NCBI GenBank assembly: GCA_965202585.1
Contig: OZ241827.1
Coordinates: 77,934,001 to 77,998,000 of the forward strand
DNA from: Thalia democratica
Taxonomy: Eukaryota
DNA: 64,000 nucleotides
Direction of reading: 5' to 3'
Shown here: piece by piece, positions 26,542-41,485 of the stretch
Layout: each line of letters starts with the position of its first letter
Position numbering within the stretch: position 1 is the first letter of the stretch
Position numbers and translations under genes: made by a program
The notes under the pieces: generated by a model
The model's database searches: none
What the model was told of the DNA's origin: nothing
Seen by the model: only the letters and a program-made list of their open reading frames with translations

Positions 26542-29500
26542 CAAATACTTGTTTGATACGTTTTGTTGAACCATGACTTGTTTATGTTTGCATATTTCGT
26601 TTTACAAACAAACAAGCTGTAATTGCATACCATGCATTTATTCTTTAATTGTTTGTAAATGTTTATAAACTACTGTAAAAATTTCCAAGTCTCAGTATAT
26701 ATAAACGTTTAAACTACCATAACATTTTTATCCAATATTTATTTTAACAGTTAATTACTAACAAAACAATGTTTCAATCCTATACTTGCATATAAGAGAT
26801 CCTCAGTTGTTGTAAATAGGTCTGAAATTTTTTTTTTGAACTAATGAATGGAAGTTCCATACATAGCTAAACAATAAAATTACATAAAAGTTTTATAAGT
26901 TTAAAGACAGTGTAGTTATATTTCTTAAATTTACTTATAAAAGAGAAAAGTATTTTTTTGATATACAAAAGCTTTCAATGTATACATATTAATAACTTGT
27001 TTAAACGATCAAGAAATTCGGCAAAAACAACTACTGATGCCTTCTTATTGAAGATTATCGGTGTAAGTAGCAAAAAGGAAATTTATTTTTCTGAAAAGGA
27101 TGTGCTCTATAAAGCTTGTTTATCACTAAACCTGGTTATTACGTCACAGTAGTGCCCTTAAGCTGCACTAGTAATTTCTCCAAAAATTTCAATGAAGCTA
27201 CTTGATGAAGTGAAACAGTTATGATGCTTGATTTTTCTTACTTGGACAAAAAGCTTATACAGACATCCTTAAAAAACATATGTTGTACAAGCATTTTAAA
27301 TATTATTGTTTGTCTACTGTCTAGTTTTATCTGAAAGCAGTTATGTACTTATAAAACAAGTTTTAAAACTAACTATAACTATATTTTTATTGTGTTTCGT
27401 TTTTCTAAAAGAAATAAACAAATTAAAACACAAACTTATTTTTGTTCTATGTTTAAATTTTTGGATTTTATTCTTTAAATATCAAAAAATTACTTGAGGG
27501 TATAGTCGTTCTCTTATTTTAGGAAACAAAATAGTTTGAATAAAACGGTTTCTTACTTATATTTTATGACAAATAAAGTGCAAAATTTCTATCTATGCTA
27601 ATCTTTAATGTTACAGTGATCTTAAATCAAGACTATCAAGAAAGCACAGTTTTTTGCTATTTTTTTCTTTATTAAGTTTTATTTTCGAAAAAAGGTAAAA
27701 TAAGGAAATTCTTATTCGATTTATATGACAAATTTCTTTAATATATGATTTCAAACATTTATGAGAGAGTAATTTGAAGTTGAATTAGAATTTTTTTATT
27801 TAAGCCAAGTACTAAGATATTTGTATTTAAATTAGATGCTTTTGCTTCTGTTGAAGTTTTAGCTGCTTCATGAGCAATTAATCTTGTGTAATTGAAAGAA
27901 AAAAGAAAAAAATGCATTAGCTAAGTACTAGTAAAAAGATTCAAGAAAGTGCTTTATATTTGTGAAAAATTTACATAGACTAAGTAAACACGAAAAATAA
28001 CAACAAAAGAAACAAACTTTACCCGCTGTATACACAAATGAGTAGAATGGTGAATACTTGAAGCTTGTTTAAGTTACACAAAAGGTTCTCGACAGTTTAT
28101 AAGTCTTTTTGCCAACAAAAAAATTACTTTCCATTTCAAAAGGAGCAAGAAAATAATGATAGGGTGGGGCTTAAATCATATATTTTGTTTAGGAAATTGT
28201 GTTTGTACAACGCAGATTCTTAATTTGAAAGGAAAGAATAAATTAACACCTTATTTTTCTCCCCATTTTTGTATAGTCAGCTTATTTGGGTTCTAGCTCG
28301 CTTTAATTATTTTTGTATTGGTATAGTATGAAGAAAATTTAAAGTCGTAAGTACATTTACACAACTATTTCCAGCCTAACATATTTAATTTCTAAAAACA
28401 ACAATACTATTCAAAAATTTTTGGAAAAAGTTGCGAAAGTTCGCTATATTATTTTAATTCTAAATGACAACAAAACACCAAGTCCCTTGATATTAGAAGT
28501 CGGTCAATTATGTACAATAAGAAGCAAAAAATACATGTCAAATTCTACTTTGACACAAAAACTATCATGTTGAATTACAGCAGAGAAAATTTCTTCAAAA
28601 TGACAGCGGATATGTATACAAAAGTCTCATTTGTCAGCTGTTTTCTTTCATGGTGCACTTGTTTTTAATTTCAGATGACAAGCAAAAACTAGAACTTTAA
28701 TTTCGGGAACTTTTATAAACAACTTTTTAAGTCAAAATTTTAAGTTTTTATTCAATAGGGTTCTTTGCTGTGTTAATGAATATAACTTATGTCAGATATT
28801 CGTTTTTGCAAAGTATCAGTTTGAAGTAATTTTATATTTTTGTATCTAATTCATCCAGTATTTATAAATAATCTTAGTATTTCTTCTGTGAGGTTTACTT
28901 CACAGCTCAGTATAAAACAAATAGTTGTAAAAACATAAATGTTTAGAACACAACTACTTTACGGTATAAGTTTCATTCAATATATTTTCTTTAAATAATG
29001 GTTTTTGAAAATAAAAAATATACTAAAAATATACTGACTGTAAAAAATGTGTGAAAACATTTTATCAGCAACATATGCATGTCTTTATTTAATTTAATAC
29101 AGCATATGTTTTAAATAATTTTTTCCTTTCTTAGATTAATTGACATTTAAGTAATTAATCATTACGCCTGTAAGACTTAATTATAAAAAGAAGCATACTA
29201 GAAATATGAATAATTATTTTTTTTGTGTTGTCTGGTTTAGGAATCACCTTCTACTTAATCCTTTTGAAATTAAATTTTCTTCAATAAACATTTTGTAGCT
29301 TTATTTGTGTAACTTTTTTTCAATTTTAAAATGAAATTTTCTCAAGCTAAGTTTTTATTTTTGTTTAAAAGCATTTCAGTTTATATATCTTTTGATATAA
29401 TTCTTTTGATATCTTTAGCTAATATAGTATTACGATTGTTCTCTCTTTTTTAAACATTGATCATGATCTAAATATTAATCGATCACGTATTTTTTGTACT

Positions 29501-29810
29501 GAATAATATAAAAAACTAATTTTTTCATTTAAAATTTTTTTTATATCTTTTAATAAAATATTTTTTTACTACAATTTTGAAGATTTATAGAAAATAACAA
29601 AAAAAAACTAAAACTAATGATAAAAACTGTAAACAATTAGAATTAAACTGTCAAAAAAAATTATATACCTGTTATTTTTGTTTACTTAAAAAAAAGTTAG
29701 AAACTATTTTTATTAAGTCGTGTCTTCCTAAACAAAATTTTACTTACTTAAAATAATAAAAATAAACAAACTTAAAAACATGTAAAAAATAGACTTTTAT
29801 TATTTTTCAG

Positions 29811-29988
29811 GACAAGTAGTTCTTGCTCGATCACTTGACAGAGAAACGGAGGAATATTATTGGCTGACAATAGCATCACGTGATAAGCAGGGTTCATATC
29901 TATTTGAAGACTACATAAATGTAGCAGTGACAGTTATGGATGTTAATGACAACTATCCAGTTTCTGACCAGCCAAGCTACAATATCTC
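29811..29988 (+). pseudogene. Cadherin exon of unit 2 (open frame; absent from the ORF track)
   Basis: ttttcag|GQVVLARSLDRETEEYYWLTIASRDKQG...VTVMDVNDNYPVSDQPSYNIS|gttagt. Splices in phase to 25913 and 30264. Confidence 0.88.
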
Positions 29989-30263
29989 GTTAGTTATATA
30001 GAACATATTATGTTATAATTGAGTTAGAATACTATTAACTACAAGTTGTTTGAAAAATTAAAAAAAAAGTACAGTAAAATAAAAAAATTAGTGAAGATTG
30101 TTTGAAAATATGATGGCCATTAACGTTACGTTTATTACATAAACTTAAAGTATTTTAAAAACTACAAAATCTTAAACTGTATATATATAAAGTATAATAT
30201 TATTTATTTTTAAGGTTAAAACGAATAGTTGCAAAAATTGAATTAAATGTTACTTATTTACAG

Positions 30264-30394
30264 TGTGGATTTGGGAACTACTGTTAACATTACTATATTA
30301 AATATACAAGCTTCTGACAAAGATGAAGGTTAAAATGGAAAGTTTACATACTCTATCTTGAAAACAGAAATATTCAAAATAAACTCTGAAACAG
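30264..30394 (+). pseudogene. Cadherin exon of unit 2 with in-frame TAA
   Basis: VDLGTTVNITILNIQASDKDEG*NGKFTYSILKTEIFKINSETG; TAA at 30331-30333 inside the DxDxGxNG motif. Confidence 0.88.
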
Positions 30395-33300
30395 GTTAAT
30401 TTCAAAAGTATTTATGTGTTTGTTTGCTATTTCGGAAGTACAGAAAATTTGTAAAGAAAAGGTTTATTAAGCTAGTGTTCAGCAACATTAAAAGATTAAA
30501 TAATTTAATTGTAAACAGAAAATGTGTTATCCATTTAGTTGATATAGGATTTTTAGAACATTTAAAATATAACTGTTTATAAAAATCTACTATTCTTAAA
30601 TAACACTTTGTTCTTTAAATTTGAAAATTTTAAAATTTTTACACAATTTTATATTTTAAGTTCATAAAAGTCGTTTTGTATAAATTTATATAACCTCTTA
30701 ACTTATATCTATTTTTTAACGTATGCATCTTATTTTTTGTACTACTTATAACTTTTATTGTTTACTAGTATAAGTTGTTTATATTTACCGTTTGAATAAT
30801 AAGTTCGTTTGTAAAATTCTATAAATTATAATAAGTATTAAAAACTGTAAGTTTAAGCGTATGTTAAAAAAGATCCTAGCGAAACAAATTCACTGGAATA
30901 TGTAATAATAATACAAATCGTAGAACATTCTCAAATTTAAAAAACAAATGATTTCAAATAACTTTATCATTTAATTAAATTCAACTTATTGTTGTAAATC
31001 AAAATTGAAAATAAACATGCTTTCTGACACAATAAAAAAATAGTTATCATTCAAATACAATTGAAGGCAAAATCATTAGCGGAATATAATTAAATATATT
31101 TACAATTCTTTTTTACTGTTACTGCTGATATTTTGTTAGAAAATATACGTAGTAAAATTTAGTGCATACGTCTTCAAGTTCAGCGTGACGTCGAAGTTTT
31201 TATACGTGTTTTTTTTGTCATTTTAATTAGTTTTTGTCTACTTTTGTATGTAATTAGCTGAAAAATGTAGCCATGTAAAGGTCAAAACGTTTGTCAATAT
31301 GATAGGTATGCTAACGATAGTAATTAGTATTTAAACTTAAGACATATAATGCACTTGTTAAGTACACTACAAATAAAACGTTCTACTAGAGCTATAACGA
31401 GTTTGGTTAGATCAAAAAAATAAGTTTTGACTAAAAATGTACTGAGTTTTACTCACTTAAATCTGTTTCAAATTTATATTTAATTGAACATTGTTTCCTT
31501 TGTTGTACATGAAAAATTAGAACTACTAACAAAAAATAAATATGTAGATTGAATCTATAACAGAATACAATAATTAAGTTATAAAATTTAACAAGATTTT
31601 AATAAAGTCTCAAAGTTGAAAAAACAAAACTTATATGACCTGTAAGTCACAATGAAAACTAAATTCACTCACAATACCCTGTAAGATTACAAAAGAAACC
31701 CAAATTAAACAATTGAAACCGCTCTCACAGAAAGTAGGCTAATCCCTATTTACTTTTACCGTTTTATTTAGCTAGTCAAAAGCTATTTTGAATGTCTTTT
31801 GTAAATCAGTAGCGCGTAGAAGTAAAAAGATGACATTTTAATTTACGTGTGATTAGACATATTAAAAGTCGCAGTCTCTATAAGAGCTAATTCCAACCGG
31901 ATATTAATAAAGTTTTTAAATTTAGTTTGTCAAATATAATTTAATATGATACTGTTAAATAGCAATAAGTAAAATATAAAAGATTTTTAAGGTTTTAGTT
32001 ATCTTAAACCAAGCCTATAGTTTGGTGAAACTGTTTATTTTTATTTTGAATAAGGGGTTTGTTTGATAAACTGATGTCTGGTGGATTTATTTTATTTCAA
32101 AAGCTTTAAATTAATATTTTAAAACACATTTATAGTGTAATATATTTTTTTTGTAACTTTAGATATATTTTTGCTAAAAATAACTAAAAATTATCAATTA
32201 CACAGGTAAAAAGTTTAAGGCAAAAACAACATTGACATAATTTTGTTTATAGAAATATATACCTAAAATATGTTCATAATAGTGTAAAAAACTACTTATA
32301 TATATAAAGTAAAAATAATACACATACTTGTTTCAGTAAATGCGCATAGGTTATGCTTAACACTTATGAAAATTACCTTCAAAACATTAAATTGCCATAG
32401 AAACAAAAGAACCGAAAGAAATTGTAAAATTGCTTATAATAGCCAAGAGTTTGTTTACATTCACTAGGAAGATCAAACGCAGTTAAACTGCTCATTTAGC
32501 AATTATTTGTTTTAAAGCAACAATGCTTTGCAAGTGAACTTGTTTTGATTTGAAAGCATCAATCTAATTAAAAATGAAAATATAATAAAGTAGTAATTAT
32601 TTCCTGTTCATTTGATCCCTACAAATTATGCATAGCAAAGGTTAATTTTATGAGCAAGTGTTCTTAAATGATTAATAACTTAAGTAAAGATGGCTGTAAA
32701 AAAGTTATAGTTCAGCAACTCAAATATAAAAAAAGTCTGATAAAAAAATTACATTAATTTTATCAAAGAAAAAAATTATCGAAAAATAGATATACTTAAT
32801 TTTTCTTACAGAGACTTTTATTTAGCATATTGACATTTTTTATTAGAGAAATATCTGCTTTAAACACTTGCAGTACTTCATTTTGTTTTATTAAAATGCT
32901 GAAATAAATGAAATAATTTTTTTAGTTTTTGAATAAGATAGCAATTGCTTGTGTTACTTAAGTTAAATTTAATTTTTAAATGATGTTACAAAACAATATT
33001 TGTTTAATCTTGCTTTGTGTATTGTCTCAACTATTGTTACGAAATATTGAATGAAGCTTATAAATAAACATAAAACTTTATTTTAAATAATCTTGTTTGT
33101 TCAAGAAATCATTCTTCTTCTGCAATTTAATAAAATCACATGTTTTTGTTATATACGAGTAAGGATTGTCTATTCAATGAAACACGTCAAAATACTTGTG
33201 TAAACCACAATTACTTTAAAAATCCGAAATTCATCTGATAAAATAATAAAAATAAAATTAGAATTTTTTACATTTTTTGTTGGTTGAATTAAAACATAAA

Positions 33301-35413
33301 ATGGGTAATTTATCAACTAATGTTATTGAAATGCCAGTTATGTAGATAAACAAGTATACTTAATTCCTAATTAACAAAACATGTCTTATGCACTGAATTA
33401 ACCTCAAACTAAATGCAGCAAAACATATAATGATTGCTCTCAAGTCTAATACTTGCGTTTAGTTCTAATTTTACAAAGTAGATCTTATTATCATTATTTT
33501 TGTCAAAAATATTTTTTAACACCTTATTAAATACAAGAATAAACTTGTTGTAATTCTAAAGGTAACAATTAAAACATTTTTATTAAAAATGTTCTGTCAT
33601 AAAACCTACATTTTGAAATGAACTTTTATTAAATACGTTGTCAAAAGTTTTATACAGACTTTGCAATTGATTGTATCCTGTATTATTATGTTTTTAGCAA
33701 TCAATAATACTAAAGTTTATTTGAAAACTCTTATGAACAAGATCTTTAGAACTATTTTACGATTTGTTTGATGTGGTCAGACTTTGAATTTTCGTTTCCT
33801 TACAACAATATGCATTTGAAAGCAAAAATATACAAATTTGATGTTAGCAGCCAGGTGTTTTATTTTTTAATTTAAAAGATATTATAAAAATAATACTTTA
33901 ACACCTACTTGTTTGTCTTAATTATTTGAATTATTAAGCTTACTTAACAAAGCAAAGTGTATGTGTTTAACATCAAAATAAATTTAAACTAGTCTGTATA
34001 ACTTGTTTAAAATGCAAGTAATAAAATAAATTATATTCATTAACTTGGTTTTCTATGGTGTATAATTTATGAAACTGAACAGAAACGTCGTTAAAAAATC
34101 GTTTTTATTAAACAGTTAAAATACTGACTATTACTTTAAAGTTCATAATATATATGTTATTCTTTACATTCGTATATACAGTAAAATAAACGACTGTTGA
34201 AAGAAAATCTTTTAAAAGTTTCAAGTACTTTATTTTTTTAAATAGAATCAAAAACAAATAATATTGAAAAATAAAAACAATCTAATGAGTAATACACTTG
34301 ATGTTATAACACAGTTAAAAAAAGTTGTACGACAACAAAAACAAATCAGTTAAGTTTTTGACAAAAATTTCTTTTGTTTAAAATAAAATTACAATAAGGT
34401 ACATAGGATAATGAAAAAAAAGAACAAATATAAACGTTCATACAAAACTGTTATTTCTCAGCAGGAGACTAGTTCACAAAATATAAGAAAATTTAGACAA
34501 CTTGGGTGGTTACTTCAAAGGAAACCAAAAGTCTTGAAAAATTATTTTACCTATAAACTTTATAGAATTGTTTATTGTTTATTACCACAAAGATAAACAA
34601 ATAACGTAATTGTAGAAGAGTAATTTATCATAATTTGTTGTCTTATAAACATTAACCAAGTGGTTCTGTTTATTAACGAAAACGCTACCCTAGCTTATAT
34701 TAACATTAAAATAATCATATAAAGTATTAATTAATTTTTATAAAGTCTTTTCATTTATATTAGCTTATATTAAATAACTAAATAAAAAACATTTTTAAAT
34801 GGAATTCTTTTTGTGCTTTTAAAACAGCTTAAAGTATTTAAAGTTATGTAAATGAAAAGCATCAAAAAAAGTATTTTAACTTCACAGCATTCCCACGCTT
34901 TGTAGTTCTGTGTGACTTACCGCAATTATGACGTAATTAAGAATATATAAATTGAACTTGTTTAATGCCAAGTTTCTGTACAACTAGACAAAACTAAATG
35001 TAATTATGTATTTGTGTATTAGGATAATTTATAAACTACTTTTACAATAGTTTTAACTCTATTATTTAATAAACTAACACTAATAAAAATGAACAAAATG
35101 TTTTAAGACTAGAGTATACGTTAGGTAAATAATACTTGTATTTTTTATTTATTAATTTTTTTATAATTGACAAAGTTTAATTTTATTAACATTTATACGT
35201 AGTTTCTCTATAAATTAAAAAAAGACAACGTTTGATAACTAATAGAAGAAATAAGAATGTTAATTAAAAATTAGTTTATTTTTTCAAATGTTTAATTTTT
35301 AATGATGTAGTGTATAACTAAATAAAGAAGTAATTCTTAAGTTTAATATAAAAAGTAAACTAAAAATTTGTTATGTTTTACTATTTTTTTAACCGTTTTG
35401 AATTTATTTCTAG

Positions 35414-35481
35414 GTCAAATTTACACTGCAAAAGAGCTGGTACCAAATGTACTTGGTGGATTAAAACAAATTTCGTTCGTT
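35414..35481 (+). pseudogene. Small cadherin exon of unit 2
   Basis: ttctag|GQIYTAKELVPNVLGGLKQISFV|gtaagt; continues SETG from 30394 in phase. Confidence 0.72.
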
Positions 35482-36987
35482 GTAAGTTTTAATTCAAATA
35501 TTCATGAAACTATTTATAAAGTTTAGTCTAAACTCAAGATCTTATAATGTAATATGACTCAACTTAAAAGCTTTAGTTTTAAATTTTAATCTTTATTTAT
35601 TTTTGTGATGATTTATGAGGTTTCCAATTTACAAAAAACTAAACGTAATTTTTTTATAGCTGTGTTGATAGATATATTTATCTTTAAAAGATATATGTGT
35701 GGAGTATCTGTTGTATCTTAAAGTAGTTGTTTTGTTTAAAACTTTATTTAAAGTTTTGATTGTGTTTAAAATTGTAAAGATTAAATAACATAATTTTAAA
35801 AGATACTTCAAAAATAGAGAATACTTAAAACTTATCAAAAAATTTTTTCAAACTTACGATTTTATGACGTAAAAAAACTCCCGTCGTGAAATGAACTGTA
35901 AATTTTTGACACAATTTATTTTTTGTATTTTTTCATAAATCTATGTTATTGAACTCTTGTACAATTGGTAACTTCATACTAAATAATAATGAAAACTTAT
36001 TAAACTTACTTTATTTACTTTAAGTTTAATTGAAGCACCTTTCTTCTTTTAATAATGTTTGTTATATAATACCTAAATATTTGTACTAAACTACTAAAAA
36101 ATGTTTTATTTTTTGATTTACATGTTGTATACATATTTAATTATAATTAATCTTAATGATAAGTTTAAACTGTACTTAAATAAAAAGCTAAAATAACTTT
36201 TATTTCAAAACTAGAATACAGAAACTGACAAAAAGTATAAAGCTGGCTCTATTTTTTCATGTTTTGTTATAATATTAACAACTTTATCTCAAAGGTTTAT
36301 GTTGCGACCAGCCAAACTTCTACTTAACAATACATAATATTATCAAACAAATTTTAATTTGACATGATTAAAGAATATCTTAGCAAACAATCTACACAAT
36401 ATTAGCAGTAAATTTAAATTCGAATTACTCATAAAATTTTGAGTCAAATCCTTAAAAAAAAAATTCTTTCTGATGACAGTTTTCAGATTTTACACTTTAA
36501 GTTCGTAACCATTTTTATTACTAGATTCTTAAGCTCTGCACTTATGTGTTCTTTTTCTATGACCTTACTGATTAAATAAATCAAAAACTACTAAAAGAAA
36601 GCAGTCAATTTATTTTCTTCGCGTAATTAATTATGACAACAATAAATATTTCAAATTGACCTTGACTTACGATTGTTTAGAGAAAAGGTTTAATAGTTTA
36701 AATAAGAAAGTTTTTACTTTCCCAAGAACAAACACTTGTGTTTTTAATTGACCAAAAAGTAATAAGCAAACAACCTTATAATAAATATCTGAAGTTTAAT
36801 GCTATTTTATTTACGGTTCATTTAGGAAACTGTTTTGTATTTTTATCTATAATGTGTTTTCAAGCTAGTTAAGTTATCATAATTAACTGATCATAAATTA
36901 AGTCGTATGTCTTTTCACATGAAGTTAGCTTTAGTAAAGAACGTCTATTGTTAACTAATAATTTTTTTTAAATTTAAAAAAATTAAG

Positions 36988-37071
36988 CTAAATATGGAAG
37001 ATAAAGGAGTACCAAGTTTATCATCTCAAGTCCCAGTGACTATAAACTTTAACTAGGAAAACTTTAATGAA
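36988..37071 (+). pseudogene. Cadherin exon of unit 2 with in-frame TAG
   Basis: ttaag|LNMEDKGVPSLSSQVPVTINFN*ENFNE; TAG at 37054-37056; 3' boundary uncertain. Confidence 0.7.
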
Positions 37072-37452
37072 GGTGCACTTTTTATTTGGTGAGATAACAA
37101 TTTATTGTCGGATATTCGGTTATGGAGAAACTGACAAGATTCACAAGAAATGTCAGTTGTTAATTTATTTTTTTTTTGTTACACGTTTATTTAATTATTA
37201 AGCCAAAAAAAAAGTTTTCTTATACGTTTTTGTTTACACTAAATTAGATAAACTACAACAATATAGTATATATTGTGCAAAATTTACAAACAGTTTGTTC
37301 AACCAACTAAATTATAAGTTTTTTTTCTTCTTTTTTTAAAACCTTACGAAATAATTTCTAAAGTTTAAAAAACACTAAGATTTTAAAATATTATTTATGA
37401 TAAATAGGTCTAATGGCACGTTTAATACCATTGTGTTGCATTTAAACTACAG

Positions 37453-38029
37453 AATTCGAATAAAAGCATATGGTACTCACCAAGAAGCAGTAGATATTAA
37501 ATACTCATTGATTGAAACGAATGATTACATAATAGATGAAAACACTGGGGTTATACACACAAGTAGCAGCAACTACAAACTAAACACAGTGCAAACCATT
37601 AGGGTAAATTTTTATTTAAATGATTTTCTACTGTAATTGTTTACTGAAAAATTGTAAGCAGATTACTCTACAGTTTTAACAAATTTTGTAATTACTCTAG
37701 AAGTCCACAGTAGTAACAATAGCGTTGAAAAAGAAAATTTTCTTCTCTGTAATCTCTTTTCAAGTTTAAACTAATTTTAATTGTTAAGATAATTATTTAA
37801 AGGTAAAAGCAACAGACAAGTATTCTAATGAAGCTTCTGTGTTCTTTAACCATAACCTGGGTTGAACGACCAAGCTTGCCAAGAAAGTCTAAACTTGCAT
37901 TTGAAGAGAGAATTCATAGATACAAATATCATGAATATACAAATTTCAAACTTTACAGAGACAGATTTATTGCAAACATTAAACCTGAAAAATCAATATA
38001 CAACAAAAACTTGCAGTACATGATAATTG
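37453..38029 (+). pseudogene. Two cadherin exons of unit 2 (37453-37603, 37803-38029), the second frameshifted
   Basis: IRIKAYGTHQEAVDIKYSLIETNDYIIDENTGVIHT...QTIR|VKATDKYSNEASVF, then a +1 shift in the T-run at 37845-37847 into LTITWVERP...NLQYMIIG|gttagt. Confidence 0.78.
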
Positions 38030-39276
38030 GTTAGTAAGAAAACAAACTTTTCTGTGCAAGTATAACGTCAAAAATAAAAATATCGAAATGAAAAAACAAA
38101 TATTAGCTTATTTTATATGTATGTTTTAATAAAATTCTATAAGATAAATTCTATTTTCTGCAGAACACAACTACTTGAATAATTACAGTCGAGTTAGCTC
38201 AAATTCATAAATACTATTTTTATGTAAAAACGAATAATTAAATACTTTTCTTTAATTTTACTTATGCATAAAAATACATTTTAAGTAAACTTCGACGCAT
38301 TATAAGAGTCTAAATTGTTGTAATTAAGTTATAAAATGAATAAATATTTGTGAAGAAAAAAACCTTTAATAAAAGAAACTTACTTTGTGAAGAAAAAATT
38401 TACTAGCTCTTTTGATAGCCTTAAAAGAATTTTTAACATTCTTCAAACTACTAAAAACATGTTATTCTGTATCATGATAAAAGTTTATGTGTAACAAAAA
38501 CTTCTAATCTGACAACACATTGACCCGATAATCAGACAGAGTAAACCGATAATCCATCTAAAGCGGTTAAACGCGGCCCACCAAAATGTCTTGATGGTTC
38601 TTTAAGGTGTTTATAAACAAAAAGTTATATTTACTAAGTCAAACATAGTTTGATATTTTTTTCTTAAATCTTTCAAGTATTTATTTTTTATTTAAAAGAA
38701 ACTTAAATTTATACCTTTTAAAACTGAGCGCAGCTAAACAAATTAGTTAACTTTTTATTTTATGTTTTCAAATTTAATAAATATTATTGACTATCACTTA
38801 TTAAAATCTTACACATAAGTAAAACAACAATAAATGTTGTAAAGTATAATTGACACAACCCTTAAAAACACATTCACTTTTGAGAAAGCAATTGATCAAC
38901 TCAATCGATTTTTTGTCACCAGAGAATATCAATTTACTGCAGCTTATATCCGCCTCAAATATAAAATATTATACAAAAGATGTTGATTAAATTGCTTTTT
39001 AATTTTAGTTTATCTCTTAATTGTATCAGTAAAGGCAACGCATTGCTGTTTTATTGATTTTTATATACAGTTAATAGTTCAGCTTCTTTAAAAAAAAGTT
39101 TAAATTTTTTTTTTCTAATTTGAAGCAGAAAAGGATTTAAAATTTAAGAATAGTAAAAATAACCTTTGTGGTTTGTTTAGGATTATTTTGAAAAAGTTAT
39201 AGGTAAAATTATTGAAACCTAAACTTTTTAAGCTGAAAGTAACTGATGTGTTTGGTGAGCTTAAACCACTAAAATA

Positions 39277-41485
39277 TGTATATTTTTGTTTAAAGAATAT
39301 TCTTAAAGTTTTACATATAAACATTATTATGAGCGTTTTTTCAAAGTTTTTATTATTGAATAACAAAAGGCAATAGCACCTTTATAGTTTTGTTTTCATC
39401 GCAATTATTTCGAATAATACGAGAAAATAATTTTATAGTAAGCCAAACCAAACAGAAGTAATAACATTATTTTGACTTTAACACCCTTTTTTGAAAGATC
39501 TCACCTCTATAATATTTTAATTTTCAAAAAATACAGTTGGTCCTTTTAGTAAATGAAATCTTAGGTCGCTCCGTTGTATACAACGAGAAAATCAATCTTT
39601 TCTTAACGAACTTGCGCTATGAAGTATATTTTATTATATTTTCGATTTTAAATAAACTTTTTGCTCACTTCCAAAACACTTTCAATTCATCCTAGACCGT
39701 ATTTATTTTTATAAACTATTTTTATTTGTATTGTAAGTGTTTTAAAATGTTTTTAAAAATCTTTTTTTTTTCTAATGTACTAAATAATTTTTAAAATGTA
39801 TAAATGTAAACAATTAGTAAATTAATTTTTTTCGAAATTAAAAAGTTTTGATACTAAAAATCTTGACAAAAAAGTTCAAAACTAAATAAATTGGTTTCCT
39901 TAGTAGAATTACGTAAAATAAAAGAATAAGTGACAATTTTTGGGTTCTAAGTACTTTGAAATAAAACTATTAATTTAAAAACAGACAATGAGTTGGAAAC
40001 GCGTCAGGTTTTAGTATAACTGACAATTATATGTCACATATTACTTTGTCATTTTGTAATTACTTTAAACTATCAAAAATTTTCAAAAGTTAAATTAAAA
40101 TTGAACATTTTAGCAATGCAAAATCATTTTTAGTTTCAGTTTGTTTATTAGCTTTAGTTTTAGGCAAAATTATTAAATTTTCTGAAATTAGTTTTAAAAT
40201 TAGGTTGACCTCAGTAAAGTTATACATTTTATCAAATAGTTTCTTGAATTTTTAAATGTTTTTCAAAAGTTTAACCTTGATAAAGTACAAGTTATCCGTA
40301 CTTACTATAAAATAGTGGTTTTTAGTCCTAAAACATCTGCAATAAAATAATTATCTTACTAGAAACATTTATGATTTGCATCAAAACAATAACAGATGTT
40401 TACAAAACTTTTAAAATCTACCTGACACTGATCTTTTTAAAGATTGAAAGTTCTGACACATAATTCAATAATCCAATTGATACCAGTCTGCATCAAGTAA
40501 CTTATACCGGTTTCAAAATAATTAGTAATGCTTATTGTTTTTAATATTTAATTACCTGTCAGATTAATCAACATTTCGTTTCCTCTGGTTTGTTAGAGAT
40601 CAAAGAATAAAAATAAAATTTCGTGAGTTTCATTTAGAAAATTTAATTAGTTATTAAATTTAGTTTATTGGAATTCTTTATTAATGTTTATTTTAGACAG
40701 ACACATGCTATTGAAAATTATTGCTAATTGAACAGTTTGAGATTTTTAAGTTAATACTTTTATTGTATAGCAGATTTAGATAGCTTTATATGTATTCAAC
40801 AATTTAAAGCAAATTTACAGAAATTAGTTTATGTTACTATCAAAAGCACTATTAGAATAACAGTATATTAGGTTTTAGCAATTTAATGAAACAGTTTGTT
40901 AACGATTTGTGCAAATTTTCCTAGTAGACTTTAACACAAAGTTTTGTAGAGCTTTCAAGTCCTATTATGACGTACGACTGTTGAAATTTGCTGAAAACAA
41001 ACAAAAGCACAAACTTTATGTCTTGCTCAAATTTGTATTATTAAACAAATATTCTATACTTAGGGGCATTAAAACATTCAAGAACCTAATATTTACCTTT
41101 TAATGAAGTTTTTTGAAAACCAAAGCTTTACAAGAAATTAGTTCTTAATAATCAGTTACTTATAAATTAGTACTGGTTTGTATTAACCTAAATTATTAAT
41201 AATCTTTTTATTTACGACATTGATGTATTAAATAAAAAATTTAGTTTTTAGTTTTTTGTTCAAGATGTTTGGACGTATATGCATTTATTGTACAACACTA
41301 AAAATTATAAACATAACCTTATTTTCTAGGCAACAACGCTGGAGTATAGAGAATTGACGAAACCACCGGTGGTTTGAGCGCTGTCAAGTGGCCAACAATT
41401 CAAAATGAAAACAGCGACATTGTGCGGACAGAAATTTTAACAGTAGAAGCTCGCGATGGCGGTCAAAATTCTCGCAGTTCAAGAA
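39277..41485 (+). repeat. Paralogous copy of unit-1 interval 986-3157 (intron plus truncated exon carrying TGG>TAG)
   Basis: Co-linear alignment from tgtatatttttgtttaaagaat onward, roughly low-90s percent identity by eye. gga gta tag at 41341-41349 versus gga gta tgg in unit 1. Confidence 0.92.

Noticed and set aside
26958-27497. Short ORFs present in both units (also 61654-62231) and possible minus-strand exon remnants
   Set aside because: No recognisable domain; other frames have several stops; shared only because of the duplication.
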